A DNA stretch of 64,000 bases from Marsupella aquatica (lineage: Eukaryota > Plantae > Marchantiophyta): positions 22,093,717-22,157,716 of the forward strand of contig OZ316893.1 of the NCBI GenBank assembly GCA_973895155.1, written 5' to 3'. Of the stretch, positions 1 through 12,388 are shown piece after piece (position 1 is the stretch's first letter; every line of letters begins with the position of its first letter). A program made the translations under genes and the position numbers. The notes under the pieces were generated by a model. It was not told the origin of the DNA, made no database searches, and saw only the letters and a list, made by a program, of their open reading frames with translations.

Positions 1-930
1 GGCCCCATGTTTCTGGCTCTATAAATTGTGGTCCGGAAATTGCATTTCGGTCTGTCTTTGCAATTCTGCCCTCTGCCCGGTTGTGATGCCGTTGGGCCGA
101 CTTTACCCCTACGTTAGCCTTCTCATGACTTTCAAGCTTTGATTGTCAAGTGTCTAATCCATTTCTGAGCTCATAGCCATTGTGCTACTGACACGAGAGA
201 GGAGCTGAAGGAGCATGAAAGGTCCGTTTTTGGTTTGACACACGGCTCGTTTTGCAGCGTCCACTTGTTGCTGCACCTTTTTAAGCTTTTTCTCCAGACT
301 TTCCGTATGTGTCTGTAGGTGGCGTTAAACAAGAGCTGACATGATACGCCCAGATTTTGCTTGGAATAGTCCCACATCAACCTCTCGCTGCATCCCACCT
401 GGTGCATGAGAATGAGAATCGCCTCCCATGAACAATATCAACCTGAGGGATCACATTTAGGGGTGGCAATGAGCTGGCGGGCAACGATTTCTTGTCCCAG
501 AAAGGTTTAGAGGTTACCTCACTTGGAGACCGTTTCACCATGACGATGGTCGCAGTTTAAGAAAGGCGGAAGGGTTCACTCTTCGGCTGAAGATCTATCA
601 TTGAAAACGGTTCTTGAATTGAATTGACTTGAATTGAATGTGAAAGTCGAATTAGAAATAGAGGTAGGCAGACTACAAAGTGGTATTTCTGCCAGAACAG
701 GTTATTGATAACAATGGTAAAGAATGAAGTGTAACCAAATTCTGTGGCACATATTGAAAGTTGAGATTACCGGCTGTGTTTAATCCAAATCTAGCAATTG
801 CCAGACAGAAACTGCCCCCGCAGGCTTGAGCCGCTGATGACAGAATGCAGAGAACATCAAGGGGGTGCTCAATGGCTTTGAATATGTAAAGACTTTCTTT
901 GCCACCTATAATTGTGTCTGCCCACTGGCG

Positions 931-1899
931 ATGGTAAGACGTATGATGCACTGTGGTTGCCGACGGCTCACTATTGTGGCAAACGCGACGTCAGGTCGAG
1001 GCAAGGTTTTTCCACTCCAGTGTTCCTCTCTTCACGCGGGAAGGTCAATTCTCCCTTCAAAGACCATGATGCCGTCGAGTGAAACCTTGGGTGATGCTTC
1101 AGCTACGGCTGTCCATGCTGTAGCAGTGAACGGATTCAATTCGGATTCCCAACTGTATGAGACTGCCAGGCCCAGTTACCCAGCCGCTGCAGTGGCCTAT
1201 CTCCAAACCAACCTGGGCCTCATCCCTTCTCAATCTCACGTTCTTGATCTGGCTTCTGGCTCTGGCAAGTTCACTCGCCTTCTCCTACCACAAAAGTACC
1301 ACCTCCTAGCTGTAGAGCCCTCCCCATCCATGCGAGCAGTCTTTGCTAAAGTATTACCAACAATTCCGATTCAGGAGGGGACGGGAGCCTCCATCCCTGT
1401 AGAGGATGGCTCCCAAGATGCTGTCGTAGTTGCCCAAGCCTTCCACTGGTTTGCCAACATCGAAGTGCTCAAAGAGATTCACCGAGTCCTCAAGCCAGGC
1501 GGTCGGCTAGGGTTGATATGGAACTTAGAAGATCGGAATTCTGCAAAGTGGGTGGCTAGCTTGAGAGATTTCTATGAGAAGTATGAGATGGAGACTCCAC
1601 AGTATAGGCTGGGACTGTGGAGACAGGTCTGGGGCACGGAGGAGGCCAAGAAATTGTTCACCGAGCTGCAGGAGGACCACTTTCAGCACGTGCAGCTTTG
1701 CACTGACGATATGGTTTGGGGAAGAGTGGCCAGCAAGAGCTATGTGGCCTGTCGATCTTCTGAAGAAAAGGAAACTTTGCGAGAGGAAATTTTGGGAGTT
1801 CTCAGAACCGCAACGGATTTGGAGCGGGATCCAGCACTCGGGCTCGTGAAATATCCATACCAGACAGATGTCTATTGGTGTGAGAAATTGGATATTTAA
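931..1899 (+). CDS. Class I SAM-dependent methyltransferase (Methyltransf_11-like), intronless, with possible N-terminal organellar transit peptide
   Basis: Uninterrupted ORF. First ATG is at 931 (322 aa); an alternative in-frame ATG is at 1066. Motifs: Y..ARPSYP, SAM-binding VLDLASGSGKFT, LAVEP, DAVVVAQAFHWF, EIHRVLKPGGRLGLIWN. The first ~45 aa are R/S-rich with no acidic residues. Confidence 0.9.
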   Translation: MVRRMMHCGCRRLTIVANATSGRGKVFPLQCSSLHAGRSILPSKTMMPSSETLGDASATAVHAVAVNGFNSDSQLYETARPSYPAAAVAYLQTNLGLIPSQSHVLDLASGSGKFTRLLLPQKYHLLAVEPSPSMRAVFAKVLPTIPIQEGTGASIPVEDGSQDAVVVAQAFHWFANIEVLKEIHRVLKPGGRLGLIWNLEDRNSAKWVASLRDFYEKYEMETPQYRLGLWRQVWGTEEAKKLFTELQEDHFQHVQLCTDDMVWGRVASKSYVACRSSEEKETLREEILGVLRTATDLERDPALGLVKYPYQTDVYWCEKLDI

Positions 1900-3757
1900 A
1901 GTCCACGCTGCAAATTGACTGGGGAGAATCCCCTCGCCGGGATTCATGCCGTCAAATAGCTCACCGGAAGGTGCTGTAGAGAGCCCATTTGAGAGAATCA
2001 AAAATTGAGCGTGTCAAAATTGGTGCGCAATTCAATTTGAACTATTTGCATACCCCTACTGTTCCTGTACAAGGTTTTCAACTTCACGCCTATGATTCGG
2101 CGTGAATTTCGTTCACAGTTTAAAATGGTGCTCGAAAAGGGTTTGACGTTAGAGCGATGATGAGAGGCTCGACACGACTATGCTGGAGCTGTTCCTTACT
2201 GAAATATATCGTACAGATGTCCATCTTTGCTCATTGGAACAATTATGTCTATCGAGCTGCAGAATTTCTGCGTGAGGACTTGAGGAAAGTAAACCACAGA
2301 ATCGATCAATGCATCCAATCATTTTTTTTGCTTTTCAAACAGAATGGAAATTATGGAACTTCCAGACAGCATCGGTTGTTGCTTAGCACACAAAATGCCT
2401 CTCTTTTTCATTCCTCTCGGTGTTCTCTTGTATTGGGATTCTCATATTCTGGCACGCCTCTCACCTCCATTGAATTCGGGGTCCTTGGCTTGCATCACCG
2501 AAAATTCTAGAGTACTTTTCTAGAAAATGCTTTCCTATACTTGCACTAATTTGAGACTTCCTGTATCGAGAGTGTATTGAGTTCCTCATCGCTTGCTCTT
2601 TTACGGTTGTGCACATTAGATCCAATTTATGCCGGTTCTCGGAAGGTGGCTTTAAAGCTTCCAATTCTCCGTGCTAAGAAATTAGGTTACAATTCAAACC
2701 GCCGATTCTGAGGCCTTCCTCAGAAATACTAAATGTGATGTCAGCCACATTTGGTGTGCACTTCATTTACTAGCCCTCACAAAGAGCAAAGGTAGTTTAA
2801 AAGCAATTGATTCATGTCCGTTTTTCCTGCTTTTTAGTCAAAGAGTGGAGTTCCCAATTCATGCCGTTTCTGCTTGTTCGTTGCTCTGCCTGTCGACAAT
2901 CACACGAGGGAATGCCTTCGGTTGATGTGCAAATACAGATAAGGGTTACACTATGGCTTCTTTTTTTACTCCAAAGAATCAAATGAATTCCTTTCAAATA
3001 GCCAACATACAAAAAGGGGGACACCAGCCCAAGGGACAGAAGGTCGACGCGCTAAGAAAGAGCTGGGACCAGGGAGAAAGCTGGCCCCCCAAAGGGACAA
3101 CTAAGGGCCATCTTGCATGTGCAAGGTCCTTTGTGTTCCGGCCCTCAAATGAACCCCTGGCATTTCTAAATGAAGCGACATGCCAGCAGTCCTGATGGCG
3201 TCTTTGGAGGGTATGCAAGGGCAAGGGCCGAAAATTTTCCGGCCCTTGAGGTCCCAACCTTTCAACTTTGAATAAAACAAAAGGGCAGGGGATACATGTG
3301 TTGGACAACTACTTCTGGATGAACATAGGAATATAGGAATAAAGGGACTACACTAGGAGTAGCACACTCCTAAGGACGGGCCAGTGACCAGGTTCCGGCC
3401 AGGTTCCTGCCAGTGGTTCCATGAAGGAGCATTGGCTCAATCAGTCAGTCTGCAGTGCAGCTTCCTAACCTGAGCAACTAGAGTGAATCAGGGGGGACAT
3501 GGAGGTGTGAGCATTATTGGTAATCTCCTTAGCCCCTGGTCTAACCCTCTCGCCCTCCTGGTCTGGTCCCTGTAAGTTCCATGGGTATTGTCCCCTTGTT
3601 GATACCCTACATAGGATAGCATGCTCCAGAGCAAGAAGTCTACCCTTTGGATGGGATGGGCCTGCTTTTGGTTTTCAAGACCAAAGACATTAATTATTGA
3701 AGAGAAATTGTGAGAATTGGTAAAGCCTGGGCAACTCCATTGCAATCCTAGTTTATG

Positions 3758-4377
3758 AGCAGATTAATGTGCTGCCCCACAATTTTGAGCAGAAAAGGGT
3801 GCAGCCAAAATTCTCAGTGATTCGTTCTCCATGTCACAACTGCAATTTTCTCGTTGAATTCTTACACTGACAGCACCCTTTGTGAGAACTTGTAATACCC
3901 CTTAACCATTGATTGCAATCCTACTAGGGCGTCCCAAATGTAAAAAAAAACCACCTCAAGGGTGTCCCGATATGCGCTTGGGTGCACCAAAGCTGGGTAT
4001 AGCTGAGCAGTGATATTTCCGGGCTCTCAGTGTCATAGCAGTGTGTGAAAATGGCAACGTGAGCCAATGAACACACTGAAATTGGGTCCGCTCCTCGTAG
4101 CACTTGTAGCACTTGGTCATGACTCCCAAGCGTGACTGGTAAGGCCGCACATTCGGTGCCCAACCAATCGTTCCAGCTGCCCTAGGCCACATTCAACACT
4201 CCCCGACGAGGTCACCCACAAAAATTCATTGTATTTGAGATGCTCTACTATAGTTCCTAAGCAGATGTGCCACCCAAAAATTTGAGCAGAAAACGGCTCG
4301 GCCAGAGTTATTAGTGATTCTTTACATCATGAGCAGAACTGCAATTTTCTAGTTGAATCAATTTCAAACACAGCACC
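3758..4377. repeat. Pair of diverged ~120-bp direct repeats (3758-3877 and 4260-4377)
   Basis: Shared blocks AGCAGA..TGTGC..CC..AA.TTTGAGCAGAAAA, AGTGATTC, AACTGCAATTTTCT.GTTGAAT and ACAGCACC occur in the same order in both copies. Confidence 0.6.
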
Positions 4378-4611
4378 TAATGCAAACATTGCTCATGGAA
4401 GATGGGGGTAGCGCTAGATGCTATAAGCAGTAGCTCCAAATGCTGATCTCCATATTTTGTTTCAGAATGAAACTCAAGCTCAAGACTTATGAAGAGCCTC
4501 TGTATGCAGCTGCCGGCATACGGGACTGGGCAAGTCCACCTTCTTTTTAGTGTCAAGAGGGTATTAATGAACCCCACTTTTGGATGGGGTGAATGACAAA
4601 AGCTTCCGTTG

Positions 4612-4734
4612 CCAACAGGATTCAATCTCAAGACCTCCCCAGCCCGAGTGAACTCCTGCACAATGCAGCCGCACCCAACAGGATTCAATCTCGAGACCTT
4701 CCCAGCCCGAGTGAACTCCTCTACTATGCAGCCT
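4612..4734. repeat. 63-bp tandem duplication
   Basis: CCAACAGGATTCAATCTC(A/G)AGACCT(C/T)CCCAGCCCGAGTGAACTCCT... starts at 4612 and again at 4675. Confidence 0.9.
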
Positions 4735-6774
4735 AGAAGCAACTGGTGACCAAAATGATTTGCACCCAATATTTGACCTAATACCAGGTGTCACCAAAAG
4801 TGGGCAGCTGGCACCTTCATATGGGACCTTGTGTCCCATAACCATATTGTGATCATTCCAAGTAGTTGGGGTGGTGATCTCATTTGGTGGGGAATTTAAT
4901 TGTGACTCGCTGATGAGGTCGGGTACCTTATGTACCCATATACGGGTAACGTGGCGGCACTCTCTGTCGTTATGTAATCAAGGAGAGTGGAATCTGCAGA
5001 AATAATACTATATGAGGAGCATCTCAGGTGACAGTAAAGATTCCAATCTGCGGCCATATCTGATCAAGAGAATGATAAGGACCTATGATCTCTGATAATA
5101 TATTATTGAAATTCTGTAGTTATCTATTTCTGTTGAGGTAGAGCCCGGTGATTAATTCATTATAGCTGCTGATATCAACAACTCTACACCGCTCAGTTGA
5201 AATTTTCCGTCGAGAAAATTATGCAGTCCAACGTCAATCAACGGACCGGGGTTTCGTGATCCACACGGCTTCCCGTAGCTTGACGGCAGGGCAAACTTAC
5301 AAGCAAGCGATGCACCATCAATAATGTATGAAGAGTAAGAACTCACAAGTGATCGAACTGTGTCGACAGTATGTCGACGTCATTTTTTCAGAGAAAGGAT
5401 TTGATTGGATTGGAGCACCCTGCATTCATTTCCGACTGAAGACCATCACCGTGTAATTAAAATTCGGTATTATGAGTCATCATGATCAGAAGCTTTAGTT
5501 ACAGTACTCAAAGCCAATACATTCTTCGAATTCACTGGGAGCATGGGTCGAGCGATTTCTATTGATTTCTTTCGATAGCACGTCGTGTCTTTATTAGATC
5601 TTCCACTGTGCACAACCACGCACTCAGATACAATGGGCAAATTAATCCAATTGGTTGGTTGTGCACAGCGATAGACATAGAGTTGTTGATCGATGTGACA
5701 TGTCGACACAATCAAACTCAAGCGTTCGATACCAAATGAAGTTCCTCTGGGCCTTTATTCGGAGGAACTCGTGGATGCAAAATTGTAAGTAATGACAGTA
5801 GCTTAGTCATTAACTCCGAGGCGACACAACGTAAATTAAAGTCAATGTCTGCCCAACTAAAACTCTTCCTGTGATTTCCTTCAATCAAAATTCTCGAACT
5901 ACAATGGAACAACTCAAATTCGGATCTGGAGCAGCAGCGGCATACCATCTGGATGTATATATGGCCTGATAATTCTGGGTGTAATTGTCGGCCATTAACT
6001 TTGAAGAACCGATAGATAAAAGATTAATGGTTGCCGCAGTCAGAGGATCATGGATGGAATTTCATGGATGTCGATCGAATGGTCCACTCCAAAGAAAACT
6101 TTCCCTCAAATCTCGGTGAACATCAAGATTTTGAGCAGAAGTGAGTTGACCTAACTTTTCAATTCCTGTTCTGCTGCAACCGTTCAACTGACATGCGTAT
6201 GCATGCATTGACAACTTCAGGAGTTGTTTTCCGCAATATGGAGGAACCGATGTATACGTAAACAGCTGGGGCCTAGCTAAGAGGCAGGAAACCGAGGGTG
6301 GACGAAGTAGATGCAAAAAATCCGCCGATGAAACTTTTCGTCGAGGCTTGGGTGTCAAAATTTTCGGAGAGCACTGTAATTCTGCATATCATCTTCAAAG
6401 TTGAGAACGGAACATAAACTGCAGCGCACAGACCAGCCAGGTGCCATGGCTCTCAATATTCAACTCAGAAAGGATCACTTCACCTGCAATCAAGCCAGAA
6501 TTTCAACAGCATCAGCAGTAAGAATCTGGTGTCGACGCGGAACAGTCATCTCAACTGCGATGTGCTGGGATACAACAGTCGCTTCGGTCATACTCGTTCC
6601 TGAGTCGAAAGCCTGTCAAACCACTCTAACTAGATAATACCACCACTTGAGACATAGGACTGTCTGTCTAAGATTTGTGCACATTTCTCTAGATTTCTCA
6701 TCATTCAGACAAACTTCAAAGGGATTGAACGTAATAATTTGCTGTGCGCGATAGAAAATAATAGAGGAGTGCGT

Positions 6775-7395
6775 TTAGGTCCGAGATGCGTACTTGTTAC
6801 AGCGGAGCCAGGTTTTAAGCTTGCAGATGATTGAGCAAAACTGTGGTGTAACTCCATAGAGTCTGAGATGGCTGTGTCTGTTGGGGAAGACCCTCTCGCA
6901 ATCCCGGTAAGCACATTTCCCTGACAATAAGGCCCCTTGCCACTTTGCCTGCGAAGAAATCGGGGGATGCACGTACATACACCTGACCTTGTGTCCAACC
7001 CCGTTCACCCCATGCCGAGGAGGGTGAGGTACCAAGTGGGACAGCACATCTCCGATGGGTACCTCAATTTCTCTCAGCACCTGCACACTCACGTAGTAAT
7101 TACTGCCCGCAGCATTATCCCTGCTCGGCACCCGGATCAGTGGGAAGAGGTGGTGCGGAGCTTGCGCATAGTGATGTTTGTGCAGCGTAGGGTCTTCCTC
7201 CATCATCAAATACCTGCTGCAGCTGATGCAGAAATGAACCGATTCGGAAGCGCTCTGGGGAATTGAATAGATGAGGTTAAAGAGCCATGAGAAGTGGTCC
7301 TTCCGGAGTAAGAGTTGCGGATCAATTTCAACCTGCTCACCCAGTTCGTCCTCGCGCTTGACATTGACATTATCCGGGTCCACGAGGTACTCCAT
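6775..7395 (-). CDS. Divergent PLATZ-like zinc-binding protein
   Basis: ATG at 7395, 206 aa if unspliced. PLATZ landmarks appear in order: WL..L, FCISC (cf. FCLDC), H..HHLFPLIR (cf. HHVIQIRR), V.V..L...V.I.DV, CMYVHP (cf. VLFLNERP), C....CERVF, FCSIICKL (cf. FCSLGCKL). The 3' end may be spliced to short exons near 6612 and 6483. Confidence 0.65.
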   Translation of the reverse strand: MEYLVDPDNVNVKREDELGEQVEIDPQLLLRKDHFSWLFNLIYSIPQSASESVHFCISCSRYLMMEEDPTLHKHHYAQAPHHLFPLIRVPSRDNAAGSNYYVSVQVLREIEVPIGDVLSHLVPHPPRHGVNGVGHKVRCMYVHPPISSQAKWQGALLSGKCAYRDCERVFPNRHSHLRLYGVTPQFCSIICKLKTWLRCNKYASRT

Positions 7396-9244
7396 GAATG
7401 CGTCGGTACGCACTCTAGCTCCACACCAACGGTGCCTTTCCGCTCAAACCCTTACTAAATTTTCTGCTTGGCACCTTCTCGAGCTATCAACCCTAAACTC
7501 AGTCACGATGATTGTCGAAATCGTCCACTTGATCAACCAAATGAAAAAGGTATCGCCAAAATGTTTCCAATTTTACTTCACAACAAGACCCTAGCTCCGG
7601 CAATGAATCCACTTCCACGAGAGAGTGAATATCCTCTACTCCAGGAACCTGAACAGAAGATACTTTGGAGACCATTCGCGTACGGAGAGTCGAGTACTGA
7701 TGACCGAGGGGATGACTATAACGCGATGTCTTGGTGATGATTATAGCTGTACAATCTGTTAGTCTGTTGCAACTAAGGGCCAGGCAAGGGTTGAACTGCA
7801 GCCTTCTATCATATCAATTACTGTATAGACTGACTGCTGCCCTTCTGGCGTCTAGTTCGCTCAAGATCTGCACCTGAGGAGAATGATTTAGTCAATTATC
7901 TGCTTCGACAGTCATGGAAGTCATCGCTGAAGCTCAACTCACGGATAACGCAATGATCGGCATTTTCTCTCACAGATACATCCATTGCTGGGCTTCATCC
8001 GTCTGCCGACGTTGGTAGATAGGTGTTCCTTCGTCATCATCGCCAGATTTACGTTTCTCCGACCCCTCATCCATCCACTTTAGCTGCTGCCATCGCTGAG
8101 AGGATTCGATCGGATGCTTGCACGTGGCTCAAAAGCGAATGGCTACAGCGTCTTCGCGTCACGATGGGCAACCCAAACAGGAATAGAAGAATCTTTTGTA
8201 CAGAATTTTCTTCGGCTTTGCTTCCCCGTGCTCACCTTGCTTGCTCGACAAAAATAAACACTGTAGCTACACACAGTCACGGCATACACAGTCCAGTAAT
8301 TGGCAATGGACCCACCTAGCCGGCAAACATCCCTGAGTCCAAACCTCCATCGACCTGTATGGCTGAGTTTGCGAAAAGGAATTCGCAAACGATTCTCCAC
8401 ACACATGAGGGCCCAAGTTGCATGAGGCTGACCGAGTTCGCTCCGTGTGCCCCATTGAGCTGCAAGGGGCAGACTTGGTCACTGTTCACTCTGTCTGCGG
8501 CAGCTCGATGCGTACAACCGGGGTTGGATTATAGAACCGACGAAAGAGGGGAGTGACTTTTCCCAACTTCGTCATCTTCAAGGGACCACAGTCCACAGTC
8601 CACAGTCATCCACATTCCATATCCCACATTTCACACGACAGTCGAGACACCAGTACTGCAAAAGCTTTCCTGCAACCGCCGCTCGGCAATTAGATCGAGT
8701 GCTGGCTGGCGGATTATTATTTTGTGTCCTTCATTGTGTTCGTCGAAGCGCTTCCACTCCGTGGGCCATTGTGCCATACCTCTTTGCCATCAATTACTGA
8801 GCCGAGAAAGGTCCCGGATTCTCGTTGCTGTATATAGATTGAGAAAGCATGTTCATTTACAAACGTCGTCTCAAACTCTCAAAGCGAAAACTCAGAAAGG
8901 GAAGTCAGCAGTCTTGTCATTTGAGATATTGAGGGCATCAACAGTACATTACCACCACACAGCAATTTATTACTACGAGCCTGAATGCTCATTTGAATAG
9001 ACATGACAAAAATCATGACGCATACTCATTTTTTTTAGATACATATTTTCCACCCTTCTTTCCATGGACATAAATCGGGTCAAAAATCATCATGCCAGAC
9101 TGCATCTCTTGAGATACATATTGTCCCACCCTTCTTTCCATGGAGATAAATTTGGTGGGCCCCAAGGTGGGGGGCTAGAGGCTTCACTCTAGAAGCCTAG
9201 ACCCCACCTCTAAGTTCTGTTCGTGATTTATCAGTAAGAAGATG

Positions 9245-9745
9245 ATCACGGATCCTTTTCAATCTTCCAGTTTTACAATGCACGTGCTTTCATTCCATTC
9301 ATTCAGGGCCAGAAAAACAATTCTAGGATTGCTAATTTTTCAGCCATGCATTGAAATCTATCTGTCAGACATTTGGATTCGTGGTTCATCTCAGACTTCA
9401 GGTTCTACATTACAATTGTTTTTCACTCCATACATTCAAGGCCAAAAAAAACTCTAGGATTGCCCAACTTTTCAGCAATGAATTGAAACCTCAAGGTATC
9501 CTTTCAGACAATTCCATTCATGGATCATTTCAATATGCAGGTTTCGAATGGCCCACTTTTTCATTCCATTCATTCAAGACCATTGAAAAAATCCCTAGCT
9601 AAGGAGAATTACCAACTTCTCAGTTGTGCAATGAAACATTAACTTATTATGTGAGGCATTAATTTGCATTCATTTCCAGTTTTAAATTGCCTTGGCTTTC
9701 ATTGCATTCATTGGGGGCCCAAAAGAAAATAATCCTAGCTAGCAT
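9245..9745. repeat. Degenerate ~135-145-bp tandem array (~3.5 units)
   Basis: Recurring TTTCATTCCATTCATTCA(A/G)G(G/A)CC..AAAA..CTAG..TTG(C)..A.TTTTCAG..ATG.ATTGAAA units near 9288, 9421, 9559 and 9697. Confidence 0.65.
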
Positions 9746-9986
9746 TATTTTCTTTACTAACCCCATGGGAAGTTTCTTCCAAAATTCCTGGATGCACGTG
9801 TAACCATGTCAGCATGATTTGTTACAAACAAGAACATTTGATTATGTGAAGAACCAAATTTGACTATTCGTGTTTGAGGCAAGGCAAAGAAAAATAGTTA
9901 GACCCTGTAAGTGTAGAAACAATGGAAAATGAAAAGTAACATTTCAAATAAACAAAGAAAAGGGTAAAATGGGTGAAAATAATAAC

Positions 9987-11012
9987 CTTTGAATAAGTTG
10001 TGATTGATATATCAGTGATTTTTGGTAATTTGTTTCAATTTTCTATGTAATTTACACATTTTTGTAATGATGACTAGTAGAAAGAAACCTTTTCACCTAC
10101 TCTAACATTTACTAAAGTAACATAAGAAACACAAGAAACTTTTCATTCAACTTCTTTGACATTTACCATGGATAGGGGAGTAACAAGCAAAGGTAATAAA
10201 CACTATAACTACTATGGGTAGAGGAATACCAAAGGACTCTAAGGCCTTTCAACTACTACGGACCATGAACTATATGGAATGGGAGATGTTTGTATAGACA
10301 TAGAGGTACTAAAGGAAACATTTTGCATGGAGAATTACCTTGGTATTACCATGAATGTACTCTTATTTGTCTTCAATGAAATTATCCTAAGAGCATTAGC
10401 CATGCAGCATTGAGACCTAAAATTAGTTTGAGGACTTGACCCTTGTATTATGTCAGCTTGTTTTATTAAACTATTTGGAGTCGTGAAGAGTTGCACATTG
10501 GAATAAATAGCTAGATGAGTCAGCGGACAAAGATTAAATGGAGGAATCCATGTGAAGTGAATTTTAAAGGTAGTTATGACAATTTCATTGAAGACAAAAG
10601 AGAGTACATTTATGGTAATACCAAGCGTAATTCTCCATGCAAAACGTTTCCCTTAGTATCTCTATGTCTATACAATACATGTAACATTCCATATAGTTCA
10701 TGCAAAATATTTACTTTGTCTATAGTAGTTGAAAGGTCTTAGAGTCCCTTGGTATTTGTCTACAACTAGTAATTATGTTGTTTTTTACCTTTGCTTGTTA
10801 CTCCTCTATCCTATATACTTAGCCAAAGGATTTCTCAAGGTATCTTGGTAAATCTTAGAGAAGTTGAAAAGTTTATTGGATTTATTATGTTACCTTGGTA
10901 AATGTTAGAGTTAATTTTTCTACTTGTCATTATTTCAAAAATGTTTAAATTCAATATAAATTTGAAACAGATTTTCAGAAAACATGATATATCAATCACA
11001 ACTCATCCAAAG
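9987..11012. mobile_element. Foldback / long-inverted-repeat element (arms ~9987-10390 and ~10573-11012)
   Basis: Left AGTTGTGATTGATATATCA... pairs with right ...TGATATATCAATCACAACT. Inner blocks TTTGCATGGAGAATTAC/GTAATTCTCCATGCAAA and TTTGTCTTCAATGAAATT/AATTTCATTGAAGACAAA also pair. Arms are imperfect and I found no TSD. Confidence 0.7.
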
Positions 11013-12325
11013 ATTTGTGAACTTCCAATGTGGGTCTCTAACTACCCAGTCAGACATTTGCATTTATGTCTCATTTCAATATTCCAGTTTTATAGTGCAC
11101 ACTGGCCATAAAAATGGCAATGTAAATTAGTTCGTGGACCCCTATCTTCTCCATTACACTTCCCAATTCCTTACGACCCATTCACATTATCTATCAGTTT
11201 TCAATCCAATTCTTCTCATCACAGAAGTCACATTCGACGGTTTCTCTCCTGAACTTCAACAAATGCATTCCCGCTACTGTCTCCCGAACAGCTCTAATCA
11301 TCACCTGAACCTTTCAATCTTTTTCACCTTTCAGCAGCCAAACCTACTCCTCCGCCCCGAGTTCCTCTCTCTTAGTTTCCGTTCCTTCTTCCTCACAATA
11401 ACCACATTGACCTCTCACCTTGGAACTCCTAGATGATTTCATCAAAATCCTTTATCCATATCTGAACGTCTCTTTAAAGTAACACAATCCTTTTTATCAC
11501 ACCCTCTTGCAAACACGCCTCTTGAGGGTCGATGCGTTTGACAGAGTCGCTGCTTCTGTTCGCTCCAATAATGATCCGCGTCTTTATCAAGTGATCTCTC
11601 AAATCAGCTTCACTTCTAATATTTTCAATTTGATCATGAAAAGGCATCGACTATGCTCGTAGAAACTTGTAGAGCCCTGGTCTATCAATTGCTAGATAGT
11701 ATTTCTTACTGCCAAATCAAGTAGAGCTCTGTCTGGTGCAATGGAGCACTGGGTCAGCTCTTCCCTTTCAAAACCCAGATATGGAGATACAATTTGAAGT
11801 CCTACATGCAGACTGGTCTTTGATTTCAAGCTGCCTCCTTTATGAACTCCTGAAATACGAGCCTGTGTAATAGATTGGATCTGTAAGAACCCACAAGAGC
11901 GATGGTGCAGTCAGTGTGCTCATTTTGTCCTTGTGAAATTGTTATGTTCTTTCATTTGTAACCGATTTGAATCTCCACTCCAAGAAAAGTAGGGCAACGC
12001 TCACTAAGCTGCATCAAGTTGTGGAGCAATGTTTGGTATTTCCTGCTCAGTAATTGCCTACTTCACAAGCTGAATCTGTTCGTCATATAATTCTTCTGTC
12101 CACGAGCATGACACGAGGAAACGACAATGCCGGAAGACATACAGATTGCTAGAGAAGGAGTGCTAGACATAAATGACCTTCTGGCGCTGCAGAAACAGGA
12201 TTCTTAATTGCCTTTATAATTAAAGTGTTGCTCCATTACTTTAATTACAATTGAATTACAATTAAAAAAAAGGGTGGGCAGTTGGTTAAGCGGGGTAAAT
12301 AAAACTGAGTTGAAAGCCTACTTAG

Positions 12326-12388
12326 GGTTTACGGCATGGCGTCCTCAATTTTTTACATCAAGGTTTACGGCATGGCGTCCTCAATTTT
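12326..12388. repeat. 36-bp-period tandem duplication
   Basis: GGTTTACGGCATGGCGTCCTCAATTTT at 12326 and 12362. Confidence 0.85.

Noticed and set aside
1525-2001. 158-aa antisense ORF over the methyltransferase
   Set aside because: It is a shadow frame with a non-ATG start and no motifs.
3222-3248. 27-bp near-palindrome CAAGGGCCGAAAATTTTCCGGCCCTTG
   Set aside because: It is real but isolated, with no adjacent CTAG Helitron end or other context to assign a function.
5100-6400. Chain of short minus-strand ORFs downstream of the PLATZ-like gene
   Set aside because: The frames I translated contain multiple stops and I recognise no domain, so I cannot support a gene call.
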